Below, piece after piece: positions 48,306 through 57,858 of a stretch of DNA of 64,000 nt. The stretch's first letter is position 1; every line of letters begins with the position of its first letter. The translations under genes were made by a program, and so were the position numbers. Below the pieces are notes generated by a model. It ran no database searches and had not been told where the DNA came from. It saw only the letters and a list, made by a program, of their open reading frames with translations. This DNA is from a virus: the IMG/VR virus record IMGVR_UViG_3300028588_000015, positions 70,721-134,720 of that record. The stretch is one strand, 5' to 3'.

Positions 48306-49334
48306 ATGAATGAAAATCGTAACCCTAAATTGGGTGTGTTTGTCGACGGTGTGCTTGCCTACTTACACCAACCGGCACAACAACCCAAGCAACATGTGGC
48401 GGTGTCGTACAACGCGGACAACGACACCTACTGGTTTGTGTTGCAAAAAGAAGCAACACTGGTTGAAAACAAAACCAAAACCGAACTGGAAAGCATGCGC
48501 GGCAAGCTTCCTCGGTTAGTCCAACTGGGGTACGTGGAAAACAACTCCGCCAAGCCTTTCCTTTTGCTTTTCATGAATGAACGCGGCCCCTACAGCGACG
48601 GTACACCGCACACCCTCCCTTGCGCATCTTGCGACATAACCCAATCGCGCGACGCCATGAAGAGCATCTACAATTACTTAGTCGGTGGTCTCTTTACGCC
48701 GTCCTTAAGTTACGGAGCATACCGTCCCAGAGGGGCGGCCGACCCCAGTGTCGAGTATGTGAAAACAACAGACGCTGAGCCAGCAGTCATTGCTGCCCGG
48801 CGAGAACTCAAACAGAATCTGATGCGTGCCCAGCGCACCCGACTCATGACACGTGAACGCGCTATTTTCGCTGCCACGTATTTCCTCGACTACTCCGGGT
48901 GGGAACCGTATAACAACGAGGACTACACCAAAGAAGAACTGGACGCCATCGAAGAAAGGTTCGAAAAGAATAGTATTCCCAAGTACAGTGAAGACATCAA
49001 TGCGCAGCAGCGTCTTGCTATTTATCTTGTTCTGAACGACGCCATGAATGTGAACCATGCACTCCATGCGCAGATGCTCGCGCCAGTATTACTGGGTGCC
49101 AGTGTTCACGGGTTACGACTACGGACCCAATTGAAGAACCTCCTGACGTGGCATGGCATTTATTTTGTTGGCCAATTGACTGAACGATTTGCCCACGAAC
49201 TCATCCGGGCCGACGGTATTGGTAAAACGTCGATCGCGCAAATCGAACGCGAATTAGAGCGTGTCGGCCTGTCACTCAAGAAAACCCCCCTTCCCTTTAA
49301 AATTACTTCAAAAAGGAACAGAAAAAATGGCTGA
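48306..49334 (+). CDS. Protein with a C-terminal RNA polymerase alpha-CTD-like domain
   Basis: LRLRTQLKNLL..HGIYFVGQL......ELI...GIGKTSI..I...L...GLSL. Confidence 0.75.
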   Translation: MNENRNPKLGVFVDGVLAYLHQPAQQPKQHVAVSYNADNDTYWFVLQKEATLVENKTKTELESMRGKLPRLVQLGYVENNSAKPFLLLFMNERGPYSDGTPHTLPCASCDITQSRDAMKSIYNYLVGGLFTPSLSYGAYRPRGAADPSVEYVKTTDAEPAVIAARRELKQNLMRAQRTRLMTRERAIFAATYFLDYSGWEPYNNEDYTKEELDAIEERFEKNSIPKYSEDINAQQRLAIYLVLNDAMNVNHALHAQMLAPVLLGASVHGLRLRTQLKNLLTWHGIYFVGQLTERFAHELIRADGIGKTSIAQIERELERVGLSLKKTPLPFKITSKRNRKNG

Positions 49335-50127
49335 TACACCCTACAATCCAGATCGAGACCGGCAATTGATTCCCCACCACTTACGTACCGTGCTAGCGGC
49401 AGCATGCTATAGCGTCATGAACATCGACAATGCTAGGACCCACGTGGGCGAAGCCCGTGAAGTTCTGGCGATGAACGCACGCAAAGTGCCGGTCTGGGTG
49501 GACGAACTCACACCCGAGCAATGCACCATACTCCATGAATTCGTGGAGAGTAACAAGATTCCCGAAGGGTTCAAACGCCTGTCGCACGCGGTCCGGGCGG
49601 TCATCGCACAGAACTACTTCGACTGGGTGGTGGTCCTGTCAGCGCATGAAGAAGACCAGGTCATCGAGGCCAATGCAATGGATGCCATGGGTGTGCCGAT
49701 GTTCGAGCATCAACTCAACAAGACGCAGCGCGAATATCTCGCACTTAACCCACTCGTCGAGATGGGAAGCGAACCCATCAAAAAGATACTCGCTGCGCCG
49801 GCGCCGTTGGAATCGCCCGAGGCCGTCGTCAAGAAAATGGCTGAGGCACTCACGACCGATCAACTCGACGATCTCATCGGCATCCTGAACCTGCGGCGTT
49901 CCGCTGTCAGTCACAACGCACAAAACGAACCGGGCAAGAAGTATGAGCTGCTCACCTGGGAACCGGACGAACAGGGCTTCATTTCCGATGAACCGACCGT
50001 CGTCAGCAGCCATGCGACGCCTGACGAAGCCGATCTGGCAATGGAGCGCTTCAATGCCCGCCAAGTGTTCGCCGACATTTTGCTGTTCCAGAAAGACCTG
50101 AAAGAAGGTGGACGTGATGCTCAATGA
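49327..50127 (+). CDS. Hypothetical protein with two ~55-aa repeats
   Basis: KVPVWVDELTPEQ / GVPMFEHQLNKTQ. Confidence 0.6.
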   Translation: MADTPYNPDRDRQLIPHHLRTVLAAACYSVMNIDNARTHVGEAREVLAMNARKVPVWVDELTPEQCTILHEFVESNKIPEGFKRLSHAVRAVIAQNYFDWVVVLSAHEEDQVIEANAMDAMGVPMFEHQLNKTQREYLALNPLVEMGSEPIKKILAAPAPLESPEAVVKKMAEALTTDQLDDLIGILNLRRSAVSHNAQNEPGKKYELLTWEPDEQGFISDEPTVVSSHATPDEADLAMERFNARQVFADILLFQKDLKEGGRDAQ

Positions 50128-50518
50128 AAGTCATATCGCCGCGCTTTGGGATCTTTTGCAAGAGCGCGCACCGCTGCGGGTCATTCGTAATGACGAAGAT
50201 TACGCGGCAGTAAAAGCGACGGCCGATAGTCTGGCCGACCTAGTGGGGGATGATGTAAGCCATCCTCTCTTCCCGATGTTTGATTTGGCGATGGCCTTGA
50301 TCGACAAGTGGAAAGAGTCCATCACGATTCCGGATGTCAAATCTAAATACGTTTTGATGCACTTGATGTTCGAGCATAACCTGGCGCCGGCCCAGATGAA
50401 AGACATTGCTTCCGAGTCCCACATCATGGCGATTTTGAAAGGCAGTCGCCCCATCAGTAGCCGCTTGGCTAAAAAGTTGACCAAGCGGTTTAATGTCGGT
50501 ATCTCGGCATTCATTTAA
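50117..50518 (+). CDS. Orphan HigA-like antitoxin / XRE HTH protein
   Basis: IRNDEDY...HPL...; L..LM.EHNL......S.S....IL.G.R.IS....KKL..RF.V....FI. Confidence 0.8.
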   Translation: MLNESHIAALWDLLQERAPLRVIRNDEDYAAVKATADSLADLVGDDVSHPLFPMFDLAMALIDKWKESITIPDVKSKYVLMHLMFEHNLAPAQMKDIASESHIMAILKGSRPISSRLAKKLTKRFNVGISAFI

Positions 50519-50542
50519 CTATCATAGAAAGAGGAAAGTACT

Positions 50543-51001
50543 ATGCTGAAAGTACAAGAACAAAACAACAACGAGTCGATCCCGCAATACGTACGCGGCA
50601 TCGTGGCGACCGTTATCGAAGAACTCAAGGGCGAGGAGAACGGCGAACTGCTGGTCAATCACAATATCGGTTCGCAGCATACCTGGCTGATGTTCTCCCT
50701 CGGCAACAATGAACATCACTACGTGGCCAAGCTGTCGCATGTCGTGTATCCAGAAGAAACGCTCGTCACTGTCTTCGAAGACCGGCGCGATCCGAAGGTC
50801 ATCCCGATGGAGGCAGGGAAACACCCTATTGTTCTTCCGACGACCAAGACCCGTCATTATCAGCCGAAGAAATACTTCGGCATGAGCGAACGCGGCGGCC
50901 TGAACAGCGCCGTCTACGTGACCGATGTGACGCGGCGCGATGAATCGTTCATGCCGGCCGACATCATCGGTTTCCTCCGCCACGGCGTGATGCCGAATTA
51001 A
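50543..51001 (+). CDS. Family B hypothetical protein
   Basis: IIGFLRHGVMP. Confidence 0.65.
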   Translation: MLKVQEQNNNESIPQYVRGIVATVIEELKGEENGELLVNHNIGSQHTWLMFSLGNNEHHYVAKLSHVVYPEETLVTVFEDRRDPKVIPMEAGKHPIVLPTTKTRHYQPKKYFGMSERGGLNSAVYVTDVTRRDESFMPADIIGFLRHGVMPN

Positions 51002-51035
51002 TTTCAACCGCAGTCAACCACAGAGGAGTATTACC

Positions 51036-51548
51036 ATGACCATCGATAACAAAGAGAACGCACCACAAGAACCGATTCGCATCATCGTGACGGGTCCCAG
51101 CGCCTCAGGCAAAACAGCGATCGTGGGCCTGATCGCTGAATTACTCGAGCGCACGGCGGGATTCACTGACATCGTCATCACGAACCCAGAAGAAACGTTG
51201 AGTGGTATCCGGGAAAAGATGTCCGCGCTCGTCTCGGGCGAAATGAACGCCGTCTTCGATGTCTGCTCGCGCGCGGTCGAAATCTCGGAAACCGGGCCGC
51301 TGACATACGGTCTCGAACAAGACTTCCGCGGTCATGAACGAGCTACCGGTATCGCCTACCATGTGTGGGCGGGCGAGGACGCCGGCAAAATGGTTTCGTC
51401 CAGGGAAGCGATGGATGCGGCACAGGGGGTCGCTGAAAAGATCGACAGCGTCGATTCGGCGACCAATAACTTCGACAACAACGTCAACATCTGTAACCAA
51501 TGGGCGATTCGCCAGGAGCATCTCGACAACTACGACGTAAAGAAATAA
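51036..51548 (+). CDS. Small P-loop protein with a thyA-like C-terminal segment
   Basis: IIVTGPSASGKT; NVNICNQWAIRQEH. Confidence 0.65.
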   Translation: MTIDNKENAPQEPIRIIVTGPSASGKTAIVGLIAELLERTAGFTDIVITNPEETLSGIREKMSALVSGEMNAVFDVCSRAVEISETGPLTYGLEQDFRGHERATGIAYHVWAGEDAGKMVSSREAMDAAQGVAEKIDSVDSATNNFDNNVNICNQWAIRQEHLDNYDVKK

Positions 51549-51643
51549 GTAATCAAAAGAATTACGGGCACATATCACCTAAGGGTAAGTGTAACCCACT
51601 TACTCTTGGGGTTTTTTAACAATCACAAAGAAGGGGAAGTATC

Positions 51644-51865
51644 ATGGCACTGACAATTGAAAATGGCGACAAATTCCGTAAAGCGCTGGCGGACAAGAAA
51701 ATGACGCAAGGCGATTTGCATATTGCGATCGCTACGTATGTCGAAAAGAAAATCCATGCGGTTTCGCAGCGCGTGACAGCTGCGCACAATCTGCGTAAAG
51801 AACTGAGCCGAGGCGTGATGTCGGACAAGGTCCTCGCCAAGGGTCTCAAGATTATCGGCGCTTAA
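51644..51865 (+). CDS. Small basic early protein
   Basis: Downstream of CACATATCAC. Confidence 0.6.
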   Translation: MALTIENGDKFRKALADKKMTQGDLHIAIATYVEKKIHAVSQRVTAAHNLRKELSRGVMSDKVLAKGLKIIGA

Positions 51866-51899
51866 TTCAACAACCAATTAGAAAGAAAGAAAAAAGAAC

Positions 51900-53483
51900 A
51901 TGAACACGAACAAAAACAAAGAACTGTCGTACGAAGCCCGCATGTCGTTGGCCATCACTCTTTACGGTGCCGTCGACATCGCATCTGGCGCCATCTTCGG
52001 CAAGAACAGGGTGATCGAAAAAATGGACCAACTCGGTGTCCCGAAATTCGAATCCGAGCTTACCCCAAAACAACGACAAGTGCTGGAAGAAAAGGGCCAC
52101 CTGATTCGCGAAGTGAATCTGGAAAACCCGAAGCAAAATATCCTGTTCGATCAAGAACCATCTGTCGGTGATTTCCGCGACCGCGCGCAAAACCTTGAAA
52201 AGCCGCTCAACGACGGCGGCGTGTACCACCTCGACGTGTCGCATGGACCGAATGGTTGGCTAGTGGCGCACCATCTGTTTCATGCACTGAAAGTGCAGGG
52301 TGTTTCGATGGAACTGGCCGACGGTACTTTCGTCGATCCGACTGTCCTCGAAGCAGTGCTTGCTGAATCGGGCTGGAACTGGCAACAAAGCAAGTTCGTG
52401 ATCGTGCTGCCGGTCTTGAAGGACATCAAAGAGAAGGCCGACGCGTACAACACAATGTACCGGGAAGCAGCCGAAGCGGCCAGCGCCCTCGAAGACGCCC
52501 AAGCGAAGTACACCGAAGCCATGCTCAAGCTGGGCAAAAACCCGGCGCCGGCGATGTTCAAGCCGCAATCCTCGGGCCAGCCTTTCACCGACGACAACCG
52601 TAAGCCGAGCTGGTTGGGTGATGCGCCGGCCAGCCAAGAACATCCCAGCTTCTTTGACGTTCCACGCACCAATTCTGAGATCAATCGAGAATCGTTTAGG
52701 CACGTGCCGTTCGATGTGCTCGAGCGCGTATTTAAGACTCTTGATCGCGAGATGGTACTCAAAATGTACAGTTTGGAGCTGAACGAATACGAGGCCATCA
52801 AGGAAGCATTGAAGTGCGGTTTCCAGGTTCTCTGGCAAAAGAGTACCGCCATGTTGTATGTAACGGATATACCCATCTCGTCGCAGGCGGGCATTGAAGG
52901 CTTTGCGGCATATATCCAAGATACACGCAAGGCAGAACGTCGCCTGAATCAAGCAAGTCACCGTATTACCCGGCGCTTTATTTTGAATGCTCGTCTTGAT
53001 TCCATGCCAGTTCGCCGCATGGAATTGAATAACCTGCCGATTTCCATGGTGGTGAATGACTTCACGGGATGGCGGCGCGTTGCGGCGATGCGCTACTACG
53101 GTCTGAGCGAGGCAGAAGTCGGTGGCTTCCTGCGCAGCGTACGCAGCGGCTATCGTGCCATCATCAAGGCCGACGGTACGCTTGGCGGGGACAGCGTCAT
53201 GCCGGTCGATAAGGAAAAAGGGTTCGGTGGTCACTTGGTGTACGAAAAGGGTGCCGGTCTTATCGGCGGCGACATCAGTCCTGAGCGACACCAAGAATTG
53301 ATGTCGGCATTCCGGAAGATTCAGCAATATCCGACGGGCTTCTACATGAAGGAACCGGTTCCAACTCAGCCCGCTGATGTTAGCGATGATTTTCAGGGCG
53401 AGCAGTTGAATGGTACGATCGAATTGCCGGAGAAAGAAAATTTCGATAACCCGCCGACGCCAGAAGAACCGCCGCAATCGTAA
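51900..53483 (+). CDS. Multidomain hypothetical protein
   Basis: 527 aa; N-terminal module shared with 49327..50127. Confidence 0.7.
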   Translation: MNTNKNKELSYEARMSLAITLYGAVDIASGAIFGKNRVIEKMDQLGVPKFESELTPKQRQVLEEKGHLIREVNLENPKQNILFDQEPSVGDFRDRAQNLEKPLNDGGVYHLDVSHGPNGWLVAHHLFHALKVQGVSMELADGTFVDPTVLEAVLAESGWNWQQSKFVIVLPVLKDIKEKADAYNTMYREAAEAASALEDAQAKYTEAMLKLGKNPAPAMFKPQSSGQPFTDDNRKPSWLGDAPASQEHPSFFDVPRTNSEINRESFRHVPFDVLERVFKTLDREMVLKMYSLELNEYEAIKEALKCGFQVLWQKSTAMLYVTDIPISSQAGIEGFAAYIQDTRKAERRLNQASHRITRRFILNARLDSMPVRRMELNNLPISMVVNDFTGWRRVAAMRYYGLSEAEVGGFLRSVRSGYRAIIKADGTLGGDSVMPVDKEKGFGGHLVYEKGAGLIGGDISPERHQELMSAFRKIQQYPTGFYMKEPVPTQPADVSDDFQGEQLNGTIELPEKENFDNPPTPEEPPQS

Positions 53484-53537
53484 TTCACCAGGAGGGACAC
53501 CGAAATGTCCCTCCTTCTCATTAAGAAAGGAGAAAGC

Positions 53538-53849
53538 ATGTTTGACCTGAATGTATTGTTGGCGCAAATTCGCCAGTTTGAAGAAGTTACATGTATTCGC
53601 ATTTTCCAGAAAGATGGCATTTACGATCTGGGGGGTATCAAAAACATCACTCTGCTGTCGGATGACTTTCGTGGTCTAGTCCATGCCATTTATCTTAACT
53701 TGATAATGTACGTGCGTGGACGCGATATCAGTTTCGTACAGGAACATGCAGATGAAATGGAGAACCACGGTTACTCCGTCCGTACTGAAGGCGAAGGAAG
53801 TGATCTGGTGTGCTTCCTGAAAACATCCGTTGGCGACCTGAAGTTCTAG
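53538..53849 (+). CDS. Hypothetical protein
   Basis: AGGAG RBS. Confidence 0.55.
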   Translation: MFDLNVLLAQIRQFEEVTCIRIFQKDGIYDLGGIKNITLLSDDFRGLVHAIYLNLIMYVRGRDISFVQEHADEMENHGYSVRTEGEGSDLVCFLKTSVGDLKF

Positions 53850-53978
53850 GCATAAAAAGCAAGGGAGTTCCCTTGCTTTTTTTTCTTTGTTCGTTTAAGT
53901 GATTGGAGAATATTGCGATCACATATCATCGCCCTGTAATGACGATGGTGTCATTCTTTTTCAATCATTGGAGCAATC

Positions 53979-54422
53979 ATGGCCCGTGTTAACAAACAGT
54001 TCTCTATCCACCTGAATTTCAACTATGCGTTTCACGCTTGGTACGACATCATGCAAGAAGCCGAAGATGTCGCCACCTTGGCCAAAGCGTGCGAGCTTTA
54101 CCGCGAGTTTGAAGAAGCCGACGAATTGGGGATGAAGGAACTCATTTCGGTAAACTCCGATAAACTCATGCGCCTGAGCGACGAGGTAAGGCAGAAACAT
54201 ACCAGCACGTTGATGGTGCTTCGCACGCAGTGGGAGACAGTGGTCAAGTACAAGATTCAAGAAAGCTTGGACACCGACAAGACCATCACCCAGATCGAGG
54301 CCATTACGAAACTCACCAAACAGATCATTCGCGACGATCAACATTATCGTCACCGGATGTCCACCACGATGGCGATGCGCGTCGCACTGGAAGTGGGTTT
54401 GGAATTGATCAAGGCTCTTTGA
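53979..54422 (+). CDS. Hypothetical helical early protein
   Basis: Downstream of CACATATCAT. Confidence 0.6.
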   Translation: MARVNKQFSIHLNFNYAFHAWYDIMQEAEDVATLAKACELYREFEEADELGMKELISVNSDKLMRLSDEVRQKHTSTLMVLRTQWETVVKYKIQESLDTDKTITQIEAITKLTKQIIRDDQHYRHRMSTTMAMRVALEVGLELIKAL

Positions 54423-54476
54423 GTAGTTACGTTTTCATTTGAAGTGAATTAATTAAAAAGAAAGAAGGAAAAAGAA

Positions 54477-54881
54477 ATGGCAAAGAACGTAAAGAAAGTA
54501 AGCGCACGCAAGACAGGCCCGATGCCCGTGGTGACCAACTTCTACGGGACCAGCGGCCGGGTGGTGCTGTGGACCAACCGCGCCTACGACGAAGAGAACG
54601 CCGTCGACCGCGCGTTCCGTTACATGCGACGCAATGAGTACGGCGCCTTTGTGGCCGAAGTGTCGAACTCAGAGACCGGTGAACTCTACGCCGTGATCAT
54701 CCACTCGGTGGTGGGTGAAATCAGGGCCATCTTCCGCCGCGATCCGACCACGAAGGTGATCGTAACCGATTTCGATGTGCGCCTCGTGGAAAGCGCAAAG
54801 GGGGAAGATGTGGATCTCATCAATCTGATCCTCCAAGAGAGCCGGCTGGAAAAGAAGATCCAGGAGAAAGTCAATGGATAG
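54477..54881 (+). CDS. Hypothetical protein
   Basis: RBS; codon bias. Confidence 0.65.
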   Translation: MAKNVKKVSARKTGPMPVVTNFYGTSGRVVLWTNRAYDEENAVDRAFRYMRRNEYGAFVAEVSNSETGELYAVIIHSVVGEIRAIFRRDPTTKVIVTDFDVRLVESAKGEDVDLINLILQESRLEKKIQEKVNG

Positions 54882-55398
54882 GACTACTGAATCTGCGATC
54901 AAAAAAGCGCAACACTTATCAAAGCTAAATTTACCTCTATCCATAAGTGAAGCCGTGTACAAGTTGTATCTTCGGCTAAAGCAAATAAAGACAAAAGCAA
55001 AAAACGAAGGAAAGGACATCGCAGTCGACTTTGTTTTCAAAAGTGCCGAGAAAGACACCATGGCCGAGGTATATCTTCTCCCTAACGGGCTGGATAAAAA
55101 TGAATATCACAATCACTGTCAACATGGTGTGCTAATTGCTTCGCTGCCTAGGAGAAATTCCGACTTGGTGATAGTTTTTATGAAATTCCAAATCACCTCC
55201 GGCAAGCGGAAATTAATTAGCAATGAAAGAAAGCTCTATCCAACCAAACGCCCTAGGAAAGCGAATCTTGCTACCCAAGAAATTATTTGGGCTGCACAGA
55301 ATCAAGTAACCTTAGGTGACATGAGTAAAATGGAAGATGATGTCTTGGATTTTTTGTTCAAAGACATCGAACCGCAACAAGGAGATATCAATGGATAA
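54874..55398 (+). CDS. Hypothetical protein, paralog of 55391..55885
   Basis: A..L..L.LP.S.S.AV shared N-terminus; TL..M.....V..[FY]L shared C-terminus. Confidence 0.6.
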   Translation: MDRTTESAIKKAQHLSKLNLPLSISEAVYKLYLRLKQIKTKAKNEGKDIAVDFVFKSAEKDTMAEVYLLPNGLDKNEYHNHCQHGVLIASLPRRNSDLVIVFMKFQITSGKRKLISNERKLYPTKRPRKANLATQEIIWAAQNQVTLGDMSKMEDDVLDFLFKDIEPQQGDING

Positions 55399-55885
55399 AA
55401 GCTTTGGTTCGTTCTTGGAAACAGCAAAAGACTTAGCGGAATTACGGCTTCCACCCAGTGTATCGGACGCAGTGTTGGTAATTCAAAACACCATGCAGGC
55501 GACCAAGAAAGCGTTTCGTGATCAAAACAAAGAGCATCACGCTCTCCTTTACATCGATCGTTTGGGTCCGGAATTCAAGCGCCCCGGTGTGTCGATCTGC
55601 TGGGTACCTGACGAGCGCAAAACATTTGGCTACGAGGCCAAAGCCGTGATCCATGTCACTGAAATTGATCCCTATACGAGTGACGTCATGCTGTTGGCGA
55701 TGCGACTTAACATATCGCACCCCCTCGCTACGGTACGGTATCGCCGGTACTGCAAGGACGATTACCGTAACCTCTCACGTGCCGCAGCAACGCAAGCGGC
55801 GTCGCACGGGATTACGCTACACAACATGCAGGACATCGGCCAGTACGTAATCGCATACCTGATGAAAATCCAAGAAACCCCATAA
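55391..55885 (+). CDS. Hypothetical protein, paralog of 54874..55398
   Basis: Shared motifs; AGGAG RBS. Confidence 0.65.
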   Translation: MDKSFGSFLETAKDLAELRLPPSVSDAVLVIQNTMQATKKAFRDQNKEHHALLYIDRLGPEFKRPGVSICWVPDERKTFGYEAKAVIHVTEIDPYTSDVMLLAMRLNISHPLATVRYRRYCKDDYRNLSRAAATQAASHGITLHNMQDIGQYVIAYLMKIQETP

Positions 55886-55901
55886 CAGGAGATTTACAAG
55901 A

Positions 55902-56309
55902 ATGGCGCAGCCTATTATTGACCATCTGCTCAGCAGGATTAACAACTTAATGGAGCACACTGACAGCAATAAGTGCTGCGTCGCATCGCAGGACCCGCGT
56001 GATCTCAGCGGCATGACTGACCCTAGCTTTTTGGCTTGGCTTCGTAAGAAAGACAAGCCCACCGACAAGGTGTGCGGGCAGCATGGCGTAAAGCTAAGCT
56101 TACAGACCCGCCACGACAGCGCGGGTGAGAAAGCGTACGTATTGATGTTTGACGATAAAGATGAGATGCACTGCGCCATTCGTCAATACCGGGTCAGTGA
56201 TGATGCAGTAAGCGTACTTGCTGGCACCAAAGATTTGTCGTCGATGATTGTCGACGTCGTTGCATTTTTGTTGTGGCGCACCATGCCGGCTGCGCCACGC
56301 ACGGATTAA
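55902..56309 (+). CDS. Hypothetical protein (family B-like)
   Basis: VVAFLLWRTMP. Confidence 0.6.
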   Translation: MAQPIIDHLLSRINNLMEHTDSNKCCVASQDPRDLSGMTDPSFLAWLRKKDKPTDKVCGQHGVKLSLQTRHDSAGEKAYVLMFDDKDEMHCAIRQYRVSDDAVSVLAGTKDLSSMIVDVVAFLLWRTMPAAPRTD

Positions 56310-56327
56310 CCCAAAGGAGATATTGAC

Positions 56328-56708
56328 ATGCAGCAGCATACTGACATCAATCGCGTCATCGACACCATCTACACCTTGGCCAATAACAAGATCCAGACGG
56401 TACCGAAGAACGCATCGGTGATCCGGGCCACTTCCAGCGAGGCGCTCCATGATCTCGCTATCGCGCAGTACGAGCGCGTGGCAATGATCTTTCCCGTGGA
56501 AGACGTGGCTCACGAAGTCGATCAAGTCGGTCTCGTCCTGTACACGAGCTACGGCGGCATGGAAATGACCAAGCAACTCATTTTCATGCCAGCAGAAGAA
56601 AATGGGATGGTGAACTTTCCCTTGGCTGGGATGGACCGCCGTACCAACGCGCAGCTGGCGAACATCGTGACCGAGTTCATCTGCACCGGGAATATGCCAC
56701 CACAATAG
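56328..56708 (+). CDS. Family B hypothetical protein
   Basis: VTEFICTGNMP. Confidence 0.65.
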   Translation: MQQHTDINRVIDTIYTLANNKIQTVPKNASVIRATSSEALHDLAIAQYERVAMIFPVEDVAHEVDQVGLVLYTSYGGMEMTKQLIFMPAEENGMVNFPLAGMDRRTNAQLANIVTEFICTGNMPPQ

Positions 56709-56717
56709 GAGTGGGTG

Positions 56718-57131
56718 ATGGACAATAAACCCAAGATCGTTATCCTCGATATCAAAAAAGAGTTCGATGCTTTTTGTAAGCGGGTCGAACCTTTGCTTGT
56801 GGGTACCGATTATACGCCAAGCGGACTCATCGAGTTCGTCTGGATAAGTTTCGGGGATCGCCAGATTATGGACGACATGATCCCCGACGCTATCGATACC
56901 ATTCTTCCCGAGGAAGAGTACGACGGTCCAATGTGCCATGAAAATGTGAGGCAACTGTCAAGTGAACTCTGGAACTTTTGTAGAACACTGGCTTTTCACC
57001 TCAACAGCAACGAACTCTACGGTAGCGATAACCTCATGCCGTATCACCTGCGTTTTCATCCGCATCTCGGTTTGTATCTCAAGTACGATACTGAATGGAA
57101 AAAGGAACTCGAAAAACTGCGTAGTTACTAA
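56718..57131 (+). CDS. Paralog family A protein
   Basis: PKIVILD...ELYGSDNLMPY. Confidence 0.65.
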   Translation: MDNKPKIVILDIKKEFDAFCKRVEPLLVGTDYTPSGLIEFVWISFGDRQIMDDMIPDAIDTILPEEEYDGPMCHENVRQLSSELWNFCRTLAFHLNSNELYGSDNLMPYHLRFHPHLGLYLKYDTEWKKELEKLRSY

Positions 57132-57192
57132 TGAAAAGGCGTTACTTCGGTAACGCTTTTTATGCGTAAAAAATAAAGAAAAGGAAAGAAAA

Positions 57193-57828
57193 ATGGATAG
57201 GCATAGAACACTGTATCGCAACGAGCAGGTAGGTATTCTTCTGGTAGTTCCAGAGAAGACTTCGCCGACCACCGGCAAAATCTATAAACCAGAAAGATAC
57301 ATGGATCAGCAAGTTCTTAGCAATCTAAAACAACTGTTCGAGACGGTTGGCGATGGCGCCGAGAATCTATTGATTAACGCCACTGTCGAAAACACGCGCA
57401 TGCAGTTTGGCGAGATACAATCGCCGAACATAAAAGAAAATCCCAAATTTATCGTGGTTCATAACAACGCGGGGACTACGCATTATTTCGGCGTGTTCGT
57501 CAATCTAAAAGAAACGAGCCAAGACAGCCTTGGTCGTTTCTATGGGTTTCCTGACTGCTGTATTGATTACTTCATGTCGGACGCATTCTGGGAAGACAGA
57601 AAGAATGACTATATTGCAGTTTTTGATGGTACAGGGTACATTGCGTGTCCGTGTTGCAATCAAAAGGTGAAAGACGATTTGCAGGCAGAAATCAATGCCA
57701 AGCGCAGCGCTAGTGTACCCTTCCCAGAGGTTACGGATAGCAACTATTCATTAGTCTTGGAATATAGTGAATACGTCCTCGCTTTCGCGCAAGGAAAACT
57801 TAATCCACCTGAGGATAAAAATACGTAG
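57193..57828 (+). CDS. Cys-rich hypothetical protein (DUF483-like)
   Basis: GRFYGFPDCCIDYF...GTGYIACPCC. Confidence 0.55.
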   Translation: MDRHRTLYRNEQVGILLVVPEKTSPTTGKIYKPERYMDQQVLSNLKQLFETVGDGAENLLINATVENTRMQFGEIQSPNIKENPKFIVVHNNAGTTHYFGVFVNLKETSQDSLGRFYGFPDCCIDYFMSDAFWEDRKNDYIAVFDGTGYIACPCCNQKVKDDLQAEINAKRSASVPFPEVTDSNYSLVLEYSEYVLAFAQGKLNPPEDKNT

Positions 57829-57858
57829 TCGCTATAATGAGTGAAGGAGGAAAGATGC

